Position numbers and translations under genes: made by a program. The notes beneath the pieces are model-generated. The model was not told where the DNA came from and searched no databases. It saw only the letters and a program-made list of their open reading frames with translations. Below, piece after piece: positions 1 to 13,700 of a DNA stretch of 64,000 nucleotides (position 1 is its first letter; every line of letters begins with the position of its first letter). The DNA is from Entomortierella parvispora E1425 (taxonomy: Eukaryota; Fungi; Mortierellomycota), in assembly GCA_020891255.1 (NCBI GenBank), contig BQFW01000001.1:1860001-1924000 (forward strand), read 5' to 3'.

Positions 1-108
1 GCCTTGACCAAGGATTCTGCAGGCGCGAATGTTGTTCTCCGACTCGCTGCAGATATTCCCTCAGACGAACAGTTGTGGAAGATTACGCCTGATCCCCTCC
101 AGGAGTAA
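1..108 (+). CDS. 3' end of a probable beta-trefoil-like small protein, homologous to the array at 31-38 kb (truncated by window edge)
   Basis: Frame 1 reads ALTKDSAGANVVLRLAADIPSDEQLWKITPDPLQE-TAA(106-108). This aligns with array C-termini such as VTLRVSDFPTEDQLWMITPVVN (copy 2). Not in the ORF track because it has no start codon. Confidence 0.6.
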   Translation, partial: ALTKDSAGANVVLRLAADIPSDEQLWKITPDPLQE

Positions 109-320
109 AATCCATAGTGTCCAGCGAAATGCAAATCTCCTGTTGACAGATCACTCAGCCACTCAGGCACATGGGCGCACTGCCACCGCAACGGTCGGCG
201 GTGATTGGCGCTGCCCTGAATCTTTTTCACTTAAGGGTGCATCCGTCTTTCTCGGTATCTTGTCCTCGCCTTTCTTCTCGGAGCTTGGACCATCTTCTCA
301 TCTCGCTCCTCATCCCACCC

Positions 321-2879
321 ATGGCATCCTACCAGCTCCTACCGTTGACTGCGGGTGAGGAACAAGGAGGTGTCCAGAGCTCACACGGAAAACCCGTAGG
401 CAAGCCTGCTCGGTACCTGGCCTCGGTCTTGCCTGCTACCAGGACGAGGCGTCGAATTGTCCTCATTGGTCTCATTCTCTCCACAGGACTCCTCCTCCTC
501 ATTAGTCTTGGGCAGTCTGTGGACTTGACTCTTGGGCGAGGAGAGTCTGACTCAAAAGGCAATACCAACGTTCCCCCAGAGGCCCAGTGGACAGCAAAGA
601 CTTTTGTACAGGATTTTGAACTTCCCGAGGCTACCTGGACTTGTACGGACGATGGTCTCAGCAAGAATGAGCAAGAGTCAAAGTCCAACAAACGATCCCG
701 TCAATGTATAGTCGAAAATTTCTGTGTTGACCGGAAAGGTAAACATAGGACAACGTACTTGTCTGGCCTTGCATTGTCGGCTCGTGATAGTTATGCATGT
801 TGGCAACGCGATATGGATCAAGGATCCACTTCTCATTTTTTTCTCTCGCAAACTGTTGGATCTAGGCGGATTCATTCGAAAGGATGGAATCTTTAGGAAA
901 AACGTACCAAAAGTCAACCTTATGTCGTCAGATGAAGAGTCTGATCAAATCTGGCAACCAAGGATGGAGCGGTCGTCATGGTTCGGGAGCAAAACTATCA
1001 GGGCTCACTATGTCAACGATACCGTCTTTGTTCATTCGTTCTACTCGCCCTATCACTTTTCTCACTGGTTATTCAACGGCATGACCCCTCTGTACAGGTA
1101 TAGATGGTTTTTAGTATCAATATGAAGGCGGTGAATTGGGACGACCATTCTAACCCACCCTGATCTGGTAAACACCACAGCACCATGAAACGATTTGGCC
1201 ACACGAAGGATTCATGGACATTCCGCGCAGGTCGGTTTTGGGCCGACCCTATCGAGCGTCAAGGAACTTGGGAGATGGATCATTTCTTTCAAACAGGTAG
1301 AGAGCTTGTTCTTCATGAGGAAGAGATCTCAACACCGTTTCAAACCTTGCCGCCGAAGGAGGCGCCGATCTGTTTCCGAAGGGCCGTGATCGGCCTTGGT
1401 TCGCAATGTGCTCTAAGCTACTGCGAGAAAAATATTCCAACAGAGCTCTACAAGTCTTTCAGGAAGGAGATCGCTGATTATTACTGGAAGACACCATTAA
1501 CATGGCAGAGGCATCTGGAAAATGCTCAGTACGCGATCGACCATGGACTGGATCATCAGGAGCACGAAAACGGCGGACATAAGATGAAGAAGCGGTGGAT
1601 CCACGATAGTGAGGACTTTGAGGAAACCCAAGAACCAGGCAATAGGTCGAGTATTGCCAGCATGCCAGAGAAAAGGCAGGAAAAGGGTTCAGACGATGCT
1701 ACCACCCAGCTCAAATGCCTGGAAATCGCCCGCTATTACAATTTTGAGCGAGCTGTCCCAGGACATGGTCAGGAGCAGGGCGAGGTCTCCAGTCGTGTGG
1801 GTCAGAGTTACCCAGATCTCGTTGACTTGGAAGCAACCTATGAAAATACAGTCACGCCTGGAGGCAAGCGCCAGCTGGTTGTCGGCATCCTTCAACGCGA
1901 GTCTTCCCGACGACTTTTGAATGCCGACGAGATGGCCGAAAAGTTGGCCGAGGCAGGGTTCCGTGTTAAGTGGATGAGTTTCGATCATGGCTGCGGAATT
2001 GCAGAGACTGCGTACCTGCTCCGAGATGTCAACGTTCTGATTTCGCCACATGGCAATGGTCTTGGGGCATCTATCTTCATGCCAAGTCACGATCCCGTGC
2101 CCAGTGTCATCAGCGTCGATACTTCGCGGTATTGGGAAAACTGGTTCAAGTTCACGGCTACGGCGCTTGGTCAGCGGTTTGTTCAAACTTGGTGCGGACC
2201 CTCCCAATATGCGGACGAGGAGACAAAGGATCGTTGCCCTTATTACAAAGACCCAGTGGGTGCAGCCAAGTTGCTCGAATCCAAACCAGAGGTTATTTTG
2301 GGACTACCCAAGGACATGATCAAGTCTTATAACGAACTTCAAAAAATGTCTGGGGATCAAAAGCGAAAGTTGTTCAAGAAGCAACGGGATTACGTCAACA
2401 GTCATCCAGAGGCTCAAAAACTGGCCAAGGAAGAACTTGATATTCTGATCGGACCCGAGCACCCAGGCGATCTTCTTGAGAAATATAATACCTGGGATTC
2501 ATGGGTCTTTCAGAGCGAGTACTGGAAGGCGTCGCCGCGCTGGATCGATGTACCCAGGACAGTGGAGTTCATCCAAAAGTTGCAAACTGAAAAGGAGGAA
2601 GAGATGGTTGCAGAGGATACTATGAAGCACAACGTTACCCTCGGAACGAGCCAGCGGTCGTATGGTCTGTACATCGAGTACGTTCGCAAGGGCAAGGCCT
2701 GTGGACCGTCTGCATGCAAGGATATCTTGGAGAGAAATGTAGCGAATACAACGAGTGCATTTGGAACCCATTCGCTTGATGATACAGGCCTTTGGGGTCA
2801 GCCCACTAGTGAAAGCGAGGCTCTGCGAAGTGGAATCACGACAGAGATGATGGAGCAAGGATGGACGATCAATGGATAA
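321..2879 (+). CDS. Glycosyltransferase family 61 (DUF563)-like type II membrane protein
   Basis: Exons 321-738, 866-1097, 1181-2879 join in frame with GT-AG introns. N-terminal TM after RRR (IVLIGLILSTGLLLLISL). GT61-like motifs HFSHWLFN and VNVLISPHGNGLGASIFMP. Confidence 0.75.
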
Positions 2880-5800
2880 TGGGTATAGAAGTCTGGAATG
2901 GACGCCCTTCATTCAAAATATAATAGAAGTAATCTTGTAAATTAAAACGTCGAACCGTTGAAAGCAGACGATGAGGTGCACGCGCGCGACGAACATGTTT
3001 TCGCTGAGGTTCCTGTTGCCAAGGATTTCATCCGCACTGCTCCAAACCCGATCCACTCTTTTTTTTTCTATGTCTCCCCAAGATGAACGTTTGGCTCACA
3101 ATTTTTTTTCATCCTCCTCTTTTCTGGTCATCACGTTTGAGTTTTGGGAGCGGTGGCCGTTTGTGTCATTATTGCGAGCCAGCAAGCCTAAACTCAATTG
3201 TCCGCGTCCGTGAGCCGAAAGCAAAATTAGAAAATCAACTTTGCAGTTTTTTTTTTGACTTGGCGTGATCGTTCTCTGAGCAAGACGAGAACCAGATCCA
3301 GATTGATAAAGGGCACGCTGCAGACGAAGATGAGGACAGCAGAGGGCGGTTTTAGCTGGGTATATTCAAAAGTATCACCGTAGTGGTGTTGTGTTCCCCT
3401 TTCTCGTTTACTTTATTGTTGTTGCGTTTTTTGAGAGTTATCGATGACTTGTTAGAGAGCATATATTATACAAGTTCCTCCTATCGAGACTGACTCATTT
3501 AGGATGACAAAAGCCAGCGGTGAGAATCGGCAATGTGTATCGCCGAGAGTAAAAAGGAGGAAACGGAGAGGGACTTGATGACAGACGGGAAGTAGAGACG
3601 TGAGCCTGCAGCGAGTGTTATGCCCGGACCCACCGCAAAAAACGGCGACGAGGACCCTGATAGCTTTCTGAACGATCCTTTTCTCTATTTGTCATCTCAA
3701 CTGTCAAATCTCGGTGGCCTCTATCCTCACCTCCGATCAGTTCGGGGGATGGTGACGCGACAAAGGACGATTCTGATCCCAGTCCAAAGCGTAGAGCAGC
3801 GATCACGAAGATGTCGCAGTGCCAACTTCAAGGATTCTACATCTGTTCTACAAACGTGCTCAACAGCACTAGTTCCGCAAGTCCCTTGAGGTTTGATATT
3901 GCTTCGATCTTCTCCTTAGAATGGAAACTTGATCCATGATCTTGCCGAAAGAGGTCATGAACTCTTTTTTTTTGAGGAGAAAACTAGCAATAACAAGTGC
4001 ACAGCTCCATCATACCTGAACCAGGCAAGAAGAGAGCAAAGAACGTTTATATTCCTACGTGTGACCCATATCTCTTTCTTTTTGACGGCATAGGATGCGT
4101 AGAGTATTTCCTCAAGGTTCTTGAAAGAGAAATTCTAAAAAAAGGTCCGTTTTTCAGTACTAAATCCTTCAGTTTAAAGTGTTCTCAAGGGCCAAGACCG
4201 CCTTCTTAATTAAACCGGACCAAGCTTTCCCTCTCCACAAAAAACTTAACGTCTCCACGTCTTTCCGATACAAGAGAGTTGTTTGTCTTGCAATTTAGAG
4301 TGAACATGTGCCAGGCAGGATCCATCGCAGTAATTTACACAAAAAAATATCGTCACAGTCTCATGCAGGGGTACGACTGTTGACAAGATGGACTCGACAG
4401 ACGCCAAGCAGGATTCAAAACAAACAAGCGATTCAAGAGGGTAATCGATTGGTTCCTCTTTCATTTATACACGGGATAAGGTACTGTAGCCTGTTGCCGC
4501 TTTACATCGACACAGCACATGCACTCTGCTCATCTACAAAAAAGTGAATGACTAAAGGGAGACCAGTGTGCTCTAGATGGTCAATTGAGGGGAATCGTGG
4601 TCATACCTTTTGTTTAACCTGTGCAGGTAGAAGGGTGGCAGGATGGGTTTTTATCTACCAGCAATATCCTTTAATACTTGTACATGGTATAGACATTGAC
4701 ACTCCACTCTTCGTGTTTAGCCATTTCCCCCCAAAAGGCGAATCCATCAAAGGCAACATGTGAAAAGCCAAGGGGCTTTCCCACCTGGGGGGCTGCGTTC
4801 AAAGTTGTTGCTTTGGACCTCCAGCATCTCCCTACAGAGTACACGTACACCTATTGTGGTCGTGCGCCCATTTTTTTCATCCACTTTTATGATGCTCCCC
4901 AACAAACAGGCGCCTTGTTTGTCTTGCCGCTGAGATGACTAGCAGCCACGCCAAAAAAAAAAAAAAAAAAAGTTTCCGTATTTTCTGTGTGCGACCTTGG
5001 GTTCCCTCACTAGCTCCCTCGCCTGGTCTGTGGGACTCAAAGCAACTACCCGATCTAAGCGCCGGATGGGTCCCACCCCCCAACCCTTCCAAATGCCAAG
5101 ATGTCGTTACGGCAAAAACAACAAAAGAGCTCAACGTGACAGGCACCAATTGCACGCACAAGGACAACATGCATATGACAGTTGACCCTGCCTTTTTTTC
5201 TCCGAGTGAATGCAATGGTTGGTTGGGAGGACCACATTCTCCCCTCCTCCTTGTCTTTCCACTCCACATATCATTGATTCTCTCTCTGTCAATTCGGCAA
5301 CCCACTCAAGGCATTTCTGCCTGAAGGTTGTAATGCTCTCAGCAACAAAGAGGAGGCGATCTACTCCTGACGAACAAAGACAGGGTAGTGAGTATTCGAA
5401 CACAGCCTCGTCCCTGGACTCTTTGCCATCCTGAGAGTGTTTCCTCTAAATTGAATGCCCCCAGCAAAGAAAGAAAAAGAACGACTGGGCGTAATGCAAC
5501 ATGCTCACTGTCTCCACAAACCGCTTGTGCTCAAAACTGCAGAGTGGACTAGTCGTCGTTTCTTAAGCTCATGCACACTCTGGATGGGAGAAGAGGGGAG
5601 GAGAGGGGAAAAGGAAGAGGGTGAATTAACGCTGGCCGAAATAAACTCTCGGCTCGCGAGGGCAGCATCAACGCGTCCTTGGACGGATGGATGAAATCTA
5701 TTGGCTGGATCAGGACGCGAGCCGAATGAATGGGAAGGGCGCGTCGATTTATTATTTTCTTTTTGAGGCTCTCTTTCTCTTTGTTCTGCTCTGCTGGCTC

Positions 5801-5901
5801 TTGCTGGCGACACATGCACATCGCCTTTGACACAGAGAGCGGAGCAGAGAAGTGCAGGGCAATGGAAAGAGAGGGAGGGGGCAGGGGTGTGGGGGGGACG
5901 A

Positions 5902-5907
5902 TATAAA
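5902..5907 (+). promoter_or_regulatory. Candidate TATA box of the Zn2Cys6 gene
   Basis: TATAAA followed by a pyrimidine-rich leader, about 370 nt upstream of ATG 6271. Confidence 0.35.
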
Positions 5908-6270
5908 TGTGCTCCTCCCTTCCTTGACATGGATCTTTTTCTCTCTCTCCAAAGAAAAAAAGGAGACACCGTCGAATACGTTTGCTCATCCACTCTCAGC
6001 TCCTTCCTCCCTCTCCTCAGTCGCTACCGCCAACTGCCCTATCTGCTACTCTTCACTCGCACCAGCAATTGCAAGATCACTTCCGTCTCTGCTCTTCCGT
6101 CACGATTATTTATTTTTTGACTCTCCACATCCTGATCTTTTCCACCAGTTCGCCTTCTTTGCCCCTCTTACTCGATCCTCTCCACAACCCATTGATCTGG
6201 TAGATCAGTCCCTCCTCTCCTCTCCTCTCCATATCTTTTTGCACTTTTTTGATATCCTCTTCTCATTATC

Positions 6271-9200
6271 ATGGACGCCGCCAGTAGCCATGCAATTCGC
6301 CAAAAGAGACTGAAAGCAGGCACTGCCTGCACCAACTGTCGCCGAAAGAAACTGCGTTGCACTGGTACTCCTAATTGCACTCGATGCGTCAACCACAAGC
6401 TAGAGTGCATTGTCGACGAGGCACTGTTCTTGAAGACCAATAGTGCCCAAAGTCTCTATGCCAAACTCAACGGAGCCTCTTCCAACTCTTCCAACGCTTC
6501 CGACTCGCGTCGCGTGCAGAACCCTCATGATCCTCATCGCCCCAAACTTCCACTGGCCCCCCGAACCAGTCCTCACTCTACTTTCAACTACAGCGATAGC
6601 AACAACAGCAGCAGCAGCTACAATTATCAGCATCACAATACTCAACAACATATTGACGGTGGTGCACTATCATCCTCGTCCTCCTGCTCCGGAGACGACA
6701 TGCCGCACTCTAGAAAGCCCTACAACTATGACCCTTCAGAACGTCGCCTCTCTGCTGGAAGCTTGAATAGCTTCTCGAGCCAAAGCCCCGGTCCCTCCTC
6801 TCCCTACTCGTACAACTTTAATCCCTTCCACGATTCACCCTCTTCTTCATCGTCGTCCCACACTCTTCCCATCACCCTTTCAGATCCTCCAGTATCGAGA
6901 AAGATGCCTAAAAAGGATTCTTCGACCAGTGTGGGTCCATTGGATCCAGCCCCCTCTCCCCCCTCTTCCCCCTCTTCGACAACACCTTCACAGAGCAAGG
7001 GGTCTGGTGCATCCTCCTCCCCCCCTGTGCCGTCATCGTCGTCGACGCAGGCTTCAACCACAAAGAAGAGAGCCTCGAAGGATCAAGGTTCTACATCGAC
7101 CAAACCTAAACAGAAGCGTCAAAACTCGCGGCAAGGTGGGGTTGGCCCAGAGTCGGACCAGGGTACTTCTGGTTCCCGTGGTTCTACCTCCAAGGATCCT
7201 CAGTCATCTTCGTCGACCACCTCCAAACAAAAGTCGGCAGATCTGAGGTCCATTGTTAGCACCATGAGTCTAGACGGCCACGGTCAGCAGTAAGTCGCAA
7301 TCTTCCTTCTCCCCCCCCTTCTCCCTTTGAAATTTTCGTCTTGTCCCACGGACCCTTCATTTGCACATGCTTTCCACCTTTGTCCCCCCCAAACCCCAAC
7401 CAACCAAACAACTAGCGTACACGCACACGATCGTTGGTCTAACGCGAATTTTATTCTTTTTGCCCCACTCCTTTGTTGTGCCTGTAGTTTCCATGGCAGC
7501 AGCTCGGGATTCTACGTTTGCCAGCTGAGCTCTCGGTATCGTCAAGGCGTGTGTAAGTTCCATGCACCTCTCCATCTACACAAAAACGCCCACAAGCACA
7601 CACAGCTTAGAATCACCCACGTTATTTTCCTTTACTCTAGATCCCCTTCCAATGGCCCACCTGAACGATAGCGATCTCTGGTCGCATTCGCTTCAGATGA
7701 CAAGTGAGCGCGAACTTCCCCCAAAGGAGGAGATGGACAGTTTACTTGACCTGTACTTCCAGTACATGTACCCCTTTGCACCCATGTTCATCCGCAAGTC
7801 CTTTATGGAGCAACACCACCAAAGCCGGCCTGATCTTTCTCAGATCTTGATCCTGAATGCCATTTTCAGCAATGCCTGTTGGTACTCGGATGATCCCATC
7901 GTCAAGCAAGATTCAACAAAGTATTTCAACCGGGCCAAGATCATCCTTGACGAGACGTATCACGTCTCTAGGATAAGTACAGTCCAGGCTTTGCTGTTGA
8001 TGTCCCATCACCAGTTCGCCGTCGGAAACTACTCAGGAGGCTGGCTCTACACCGGGATGGCAAACCGCATTGGTCATGTAAGTCTCATATAGTCCGTTGT
8101 CTCTTCATCTTCAGGGGATCTTGTATTCAATCAAGCTGACCTTTTTTTTTTCTCTATCTGCCGTCCTAGGATATCGGTCTTCATCGACAGGACATAGAAG
8201 TAGGGGAACCTGAGGAGGCAGAGATTCGCAAGCGCGTCTGGTGGGCTTTGTATATATCCGATCGACTTGGTAGTGGTGTCCTTGGGCGCCCCATGACCAT
8301 TCGTGATAAGGCCTTCAACGTTCAGATGCCCTCGACGGACTGGCTCGAAGATCTTGGGGAGGAAGACGTGGTCAGTTACCCCTTTGAGCCAGAGACTGTC
8401 ATATCTTGCCGTCTTCTGTGGTCGATCAAGCTCTTCATGCAGATGGGCAATGTCCTGAACACGATGCACTGTATCGAGGCCGAGATCAATGGCGCCTTCC
8501 TCGCCGACATTTCTAGAACCCAGTTGCCCCAGCTCCACAACAGTCTCACGTCCTGGTTCCTGTCCCTGCCGAACGAGCTCATGTACACACCTTATACCAT
8601 GTCGCCTAATTCGAACCACCCACCGTCACCCCCAACAGCGCTGATGCACATGTTTTATTATACGTGCCTGACCATGCTGCATCGGCCATACCTGCGACCG
8701 GTCAACTCCGAATCGATCGATGCCAATTTCTTGGTTTCATCCCGAAACATTTGCACTGCCGCCGCCACCAACGTCTGTCATATCGCGGACTCGTTGATGT
8801 TGCATGGCCAACTCAAGGATACCTGCTACTACGGTATGGCTTGTCTTGTGGCCGCCGGAACCGTCCATGTACATAACGCCATCACACCTACGCCCAGTAA
8901 TCGCGAGACCACCCGGGCGGGTCTCTCAAAGACGGTCAAGGCGGCCCATGAGTTGGTCAAGACTTTTCCCGTAGCCGAGTCCCTGATCGCGGTCGCGCTC
9001 GATGTCTTTGCCAGTCAGACCAGCAATGTCCCGACAGAGATGGCGGCTTCCTTTATCGACATTTCTACTTTTGTAGCCCCGTTCATGGACATGACCCATT
9101 TGCAGTCCACCTCGATCGGCAACATTTATGAGGCAGCGCGGTTGGCCAAATTGGCGAAAGACGGCCCAGGACCGGCACCTTCGATCCAGCTGCGTCATCC

Positions 9201-10527
9201 TTATGGTAACTTTTCGATGCCCCTCCCAGATCTAGAAGAGGAGCCAGAGAACTCACAAGAGGGCGGTTCAGGTAATACAAAGGGCGGTCGCGGTCGCAGT
9301 GGCAGCGGAGCCGGCAGCGGTCGGTCGATCAAGAATTTGAGTACCATTTGGCAAACACAGATTGCGACAGCGGTGGCCATGGCTGCGATTGCTTTTGGAG
9401 GAACAGACCCAGCGCAGGAGCAACAGTTTTTTGCCAGTCCGATGGATTTACCGGAGGCTCTTCGTTTGGCCCACATTGATTCCATGATGATTGCCGATCC
9501 TTTGGGCAGTGGCGTCGGAAGCAGTACCACAGCAATGGGCGGTGGCAACATGGGAGGGTTTGTGGGCGCTGATCTTTCCACGGGCTTTGAAATGTCCCCG
9601 ACTCTTGCCCAGAATCCACAACAGCAGCAGTCAACGCTGCTTCAATATCAGGAACAGCAACCGCCATCTCAACCCCTTCATCAAAGTGTCTTGTTTCAAC
9701 CGTCTGTAATGCAGCAACAACAGCAGCAGCAACAACTACAGCAGCAGCAGCAGCCATATTCACTCTCTACTGGCGACAACAGTTCTTCGAATCCATTCCT
9801 CCCAGCCCATTCTCAGCCCCAGCCCCAGCAAGGCATAATGCAAGAGCTTTCCTCAACACTGAACTCTTCTCTCCATATGAAGGGTGCAGCTTCAACAGTC
9901 CCGACCTTGCCTTCACAATCGGCTGAGCTTCGGTTCCAAGAGCAGATGCAGATGTTTCAGCGTCAGTTCCAAGTTCAACAGCAGCTTCAACAACAGCAAC
10001 AGCAACAGCAACATCAACATCAGCAGCAGCAGCAGCAGCAACAACAACAGGGTCAAAAGCAGCATCATGCCACGATGGAGGACGATGCTGCCGATCCTCC
10101 ATCCCCACCTGCTGTGTCGTCGGACGATATGGACATGGAGTCATCGTCCCTGTCGGATGATCCTGACCGATCTTCACCCACTTCTTCGGCCCCGGCCCCT
10201 CGTCAGGATGCCCAAACCCAGTTTAATTCGTCGGTCACAACCGATGCCGCCACGGAATCGATGAACATCAATCCCTCGGATTCTCTGGTGTCACACGCGT
10301 CGTTTCTTTCCTCGTTGACAACGACGTCTAATCTGTACGGCGAACACCAACGGCAACAGCAGCAGAATCAACAACAGCAGAATCAACAACAACAGCAGCA
10401 ACAGCACCAGCAGCAACAACAGGACGCACAGCAAGGGTCGGCGACCAAGGACGGACAGTTTGGGTGCCATAAAGATGTGGACAGGGTCAATAACCTGTTG
10501 TTTGATGAGCAGGCTATGGAGTGCTGA
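6271..10527 (+). CDS. Zn(II)2Cys6 fungal transcription factor with fungal-specific TF middle domain and polyQ C-terminus
   Basis: Exons 6271-7289, 7488-7552, 7641-8077, 8170-10527, phases checked. Zinc cluster CTNCRRKKLRCTGTPNCTRCVNHKLEC. Middle-homology motifs LLDLYFQYMYP, STVQALLLM, DIGLHR, RKRVWWALYISDR. Several polyQ tracts. Confidence 0.92.
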
Positions 10528-10763
10528 GTCGGCAGTGCCATTCCCACAGTTACAGCATTATAATAATTACTAACAATAATAAAGGCTTCCAACTTCCTGC
10601 ATCAAAACAAAAAAGGACAATTGCTCAAAAGTTCTTGTAGAGAAGAAGAAGCTCGATGAAAAGAACAATGGGATAACAGCTGTGTATGCTTAGGAGCGCA
10701 TCTCCACCCTTTTGGTATGTCTGACATTGTCGATTGAGAAGATGACAAGTTTATGGTATATAT

Positions 10764-13700
10764 TCAGCTCAATTCTCTGTACATGGGCCCACAGTTCTGT
10801 TGGGCATATCGCATCTGCTCCTCTTGAAAAGTTAAAACATCTGGGTTGGATCGCGTCTCTCCATAAGGGCCTACGGCCTCATCAGTTCCATAGCCATACC
10901 CATGACCATTGTGTTGTTGATGCTGATGCTGATGCTGATGCTGCTGCTGCTGGTACTGCTGTTGGTGGGCGACATAGCTAGTCTGGCCCAAGGGGGAATG
11001 CCTGCGGACGCCATTCGTATGTTGCTGCTGCTGGTGGTGATAGTACTGATGATGTTGTTGCTGTTGGTGGTGGTTAGACAGCGTGGGGTCCATTTCCTCA
11101 TCGGGCGAGTACTGTGGGCGTCCTCCTTGTTGTTGATAGTACGAGTCATAGCGACCACCATTTCCTCGACCTCCAACGCCACCTCCAGCATGAGGTCCCA
11201 AACTGGAATAGCCATGAGGGGGCCGGTACCCATTTTTGGCGCCAATGGAGCCATAGTACTTTGCGATCGAAGTGCATCGAGGGACAGGTTTCAAAAGCTC
11301 GCGCTCGCATCCAACACAGATTCGGGCGAGACATACCTCGCCCACACCTCCAGAACTCATCCTCCGAGACATGGCGATGGGTGGTGCTAACAGTCCTCCT
11401 CCCTCGCCCGAGCCATTGGCTGCATTGGTCATCAACAGATGATGAGACCCGCCATTGATACTGCCTGTCCTCAAAATAGACGACGAGCTCGAACGTCGAC
11501 CTGCCGCCGCAAATGACACCGCCAAGGGGTTGGAGGAGTGTGGGGGATGCAGGAGGAAGCCGCCGTGGTGGTGAGGCATTCCGTTCTCAGTTCCAGAAGT
11601 ATCCATACTTCCCCGCCTCGAGTCTGAACCAGCAAAAGGAGGGTTGTTTCCTGCTCCTGGTGCGCCACCAGCTACTCCACCAAACAGCCCAAAAATGCTC
11701 ACGCGCGATTTTTTGGTGGCGCCAGGCGCCATTTGCCAAGATCCACGTCGACCATTGCCACTGCCACTTCCACTGCCACTCCGATGGCCCATACTGACGC
11801 CTCCGAGGTAGCCATTGGTGCCGCCGGCCCCATTCAACCCAGCCTGACCGGCCAAGGAGTCCGGACCTCCCGCCCCCATGGGTGCAGCCACTAGTCCAGT
11901 TTCGACCGCAGTTCGGACGGGGTGGAGTTGTGGAAGGGTATCGATCCAGAGGCTGTGACGCTGGATATCCACCCGACGCGACCATCGCGGCAGCTGGGAT
12001 TGCTGAACATAGACACAGTTTTTAGCGTCCATCAAAATTTCAGCGCTCGCACATTTGCCACAAAAGATGTCGCCACACTTTCTGCAATGGTGGCGGGGGT
12101 TGGTGATCCGGTGAAACGGAGCAAAACAAAAGGCGCACGACTCTCGAGAGTCGTCGGGCTAAAATATTTGCAAAAACACGATCGGGACAAAGTTAAAAGA
12201 TCAGATCGGTATACAATTAAGGCACATTTTTTTCCTTTTCTTTTTTTTTACCTTCCAGTGACGCTTGTCAATGGTGACACTTGCTTTGAACCATCGGGAT
12301 GGACTCCACCAGGGTATGGAGTCATTGACAGACTTTGAGATGGGTACAGGGGAGCTCAATTGCTGTCGTCCTTGCTGCTTATAGCTCATCTTTGTGATTT
12401 CGTCCCTGGACAAGGTCCTCAAACTTCGGATCGACTGATGGAAGCTCTGGACATTATCCCTCGCCATGACTGGGATCGTCGGAAGCTTGGACAACTCTGC
12501 TGCCGCCGACGTAGCAGCCACATCCGAAAGACTGGGCAAGCTCGGTTTGATTTTCAATACTGGCTCCGTCGGGAAGAGTGAATAGTGCCACGAGACATGC
12601 TTGCGTCCATTGCGCTTGCCTGAAGCCCGAGGGAAGGTTTGGCAGCTGATGGAGGAGCGGAGTGGGTATTTCACAGCCGGCACCGCGTTGGATCCACCGC
12701 TCTCCAAACAGGATCCCAAGTTGGAGGAGGAAGGGGAGCCTCCGGCGGCGGCAGTTGATCCGACAGGCAAGGATCCTTCACCAGGCATGTCACCATCAGA
12801 CTTGACACGGGTTCGCCGGACTGAGACAGCGCCCAGGGTCGATAAAGTAGCCGGACTGGCCTCGTTCGCTGGTGAAAAATCAGAAGGCAACTGGATCGTA
12901 ATTTCTCCAAATCGCCTCCGCCGACGCGGGTCCGTGGTGCTGTCGCTGTTTGTGGAAGAGTCGCGGTCTGTATGGGGTGAATGCTTGACCTCGACACCAG
13001 AATCTGTGCGTCGAGGGCGATTGGGTTCTTGAGTACTGGTAATTTTTGGCGTCGTGGGGCCCTGTAGTCCCAATGGTGATCGTCTCAAAACATCTGTCGA
13101 TGTGCTTTGGGTTGATCTGGCATCGTCCTCTGTTGTTGTTCGGTTATCAAAAGGCCCAGTGGCCGAGGGTGGCCGCGAGTCTGTCGCGTTTGCATCGGGC
13201 CAGACGTTGATCAATGCTGGGCGACGAACGGCGCCACTGGTATATCCTTGTTGTCCAAACGCAGGTCCTACGGTATGGAAGCCAGCATGGCTTATTTGCT
13301 GATTCGGTTGCGAGGTGTCACCTAATAAAGCTGTCAGACTTGAGCGCCGGACCACCTGCTTGGTGATTGCTCGTTTTTGTAGGAAATGCTCATCCAGCCT
13401 TGGACGATAGTAGGTGGAGCGGTGGTATTGGCCATGACGGCCTGGTGCCCTGGATCCCTTGAGTCGAGGATCCTGTTTGGCGCCGTAATGGTACTCATTC
13501 AATGATTCATCGTCATCATTGTCCTCCTCCTCCTCCTCTTCGTCGTCCTCCGAATATGAGTAATCGTCCTCTCCGTCCTGTGTGTCTTCCTCTTCATCAT
13601 CCATCGATCCTTCGTCATACTCCTCGTCCTCGTCCTCATCCTCGTCCTCTTCCTCTTCCTCCACGTAGGGTACCATCCTCGCTTTTGCGACATGTGGCGC

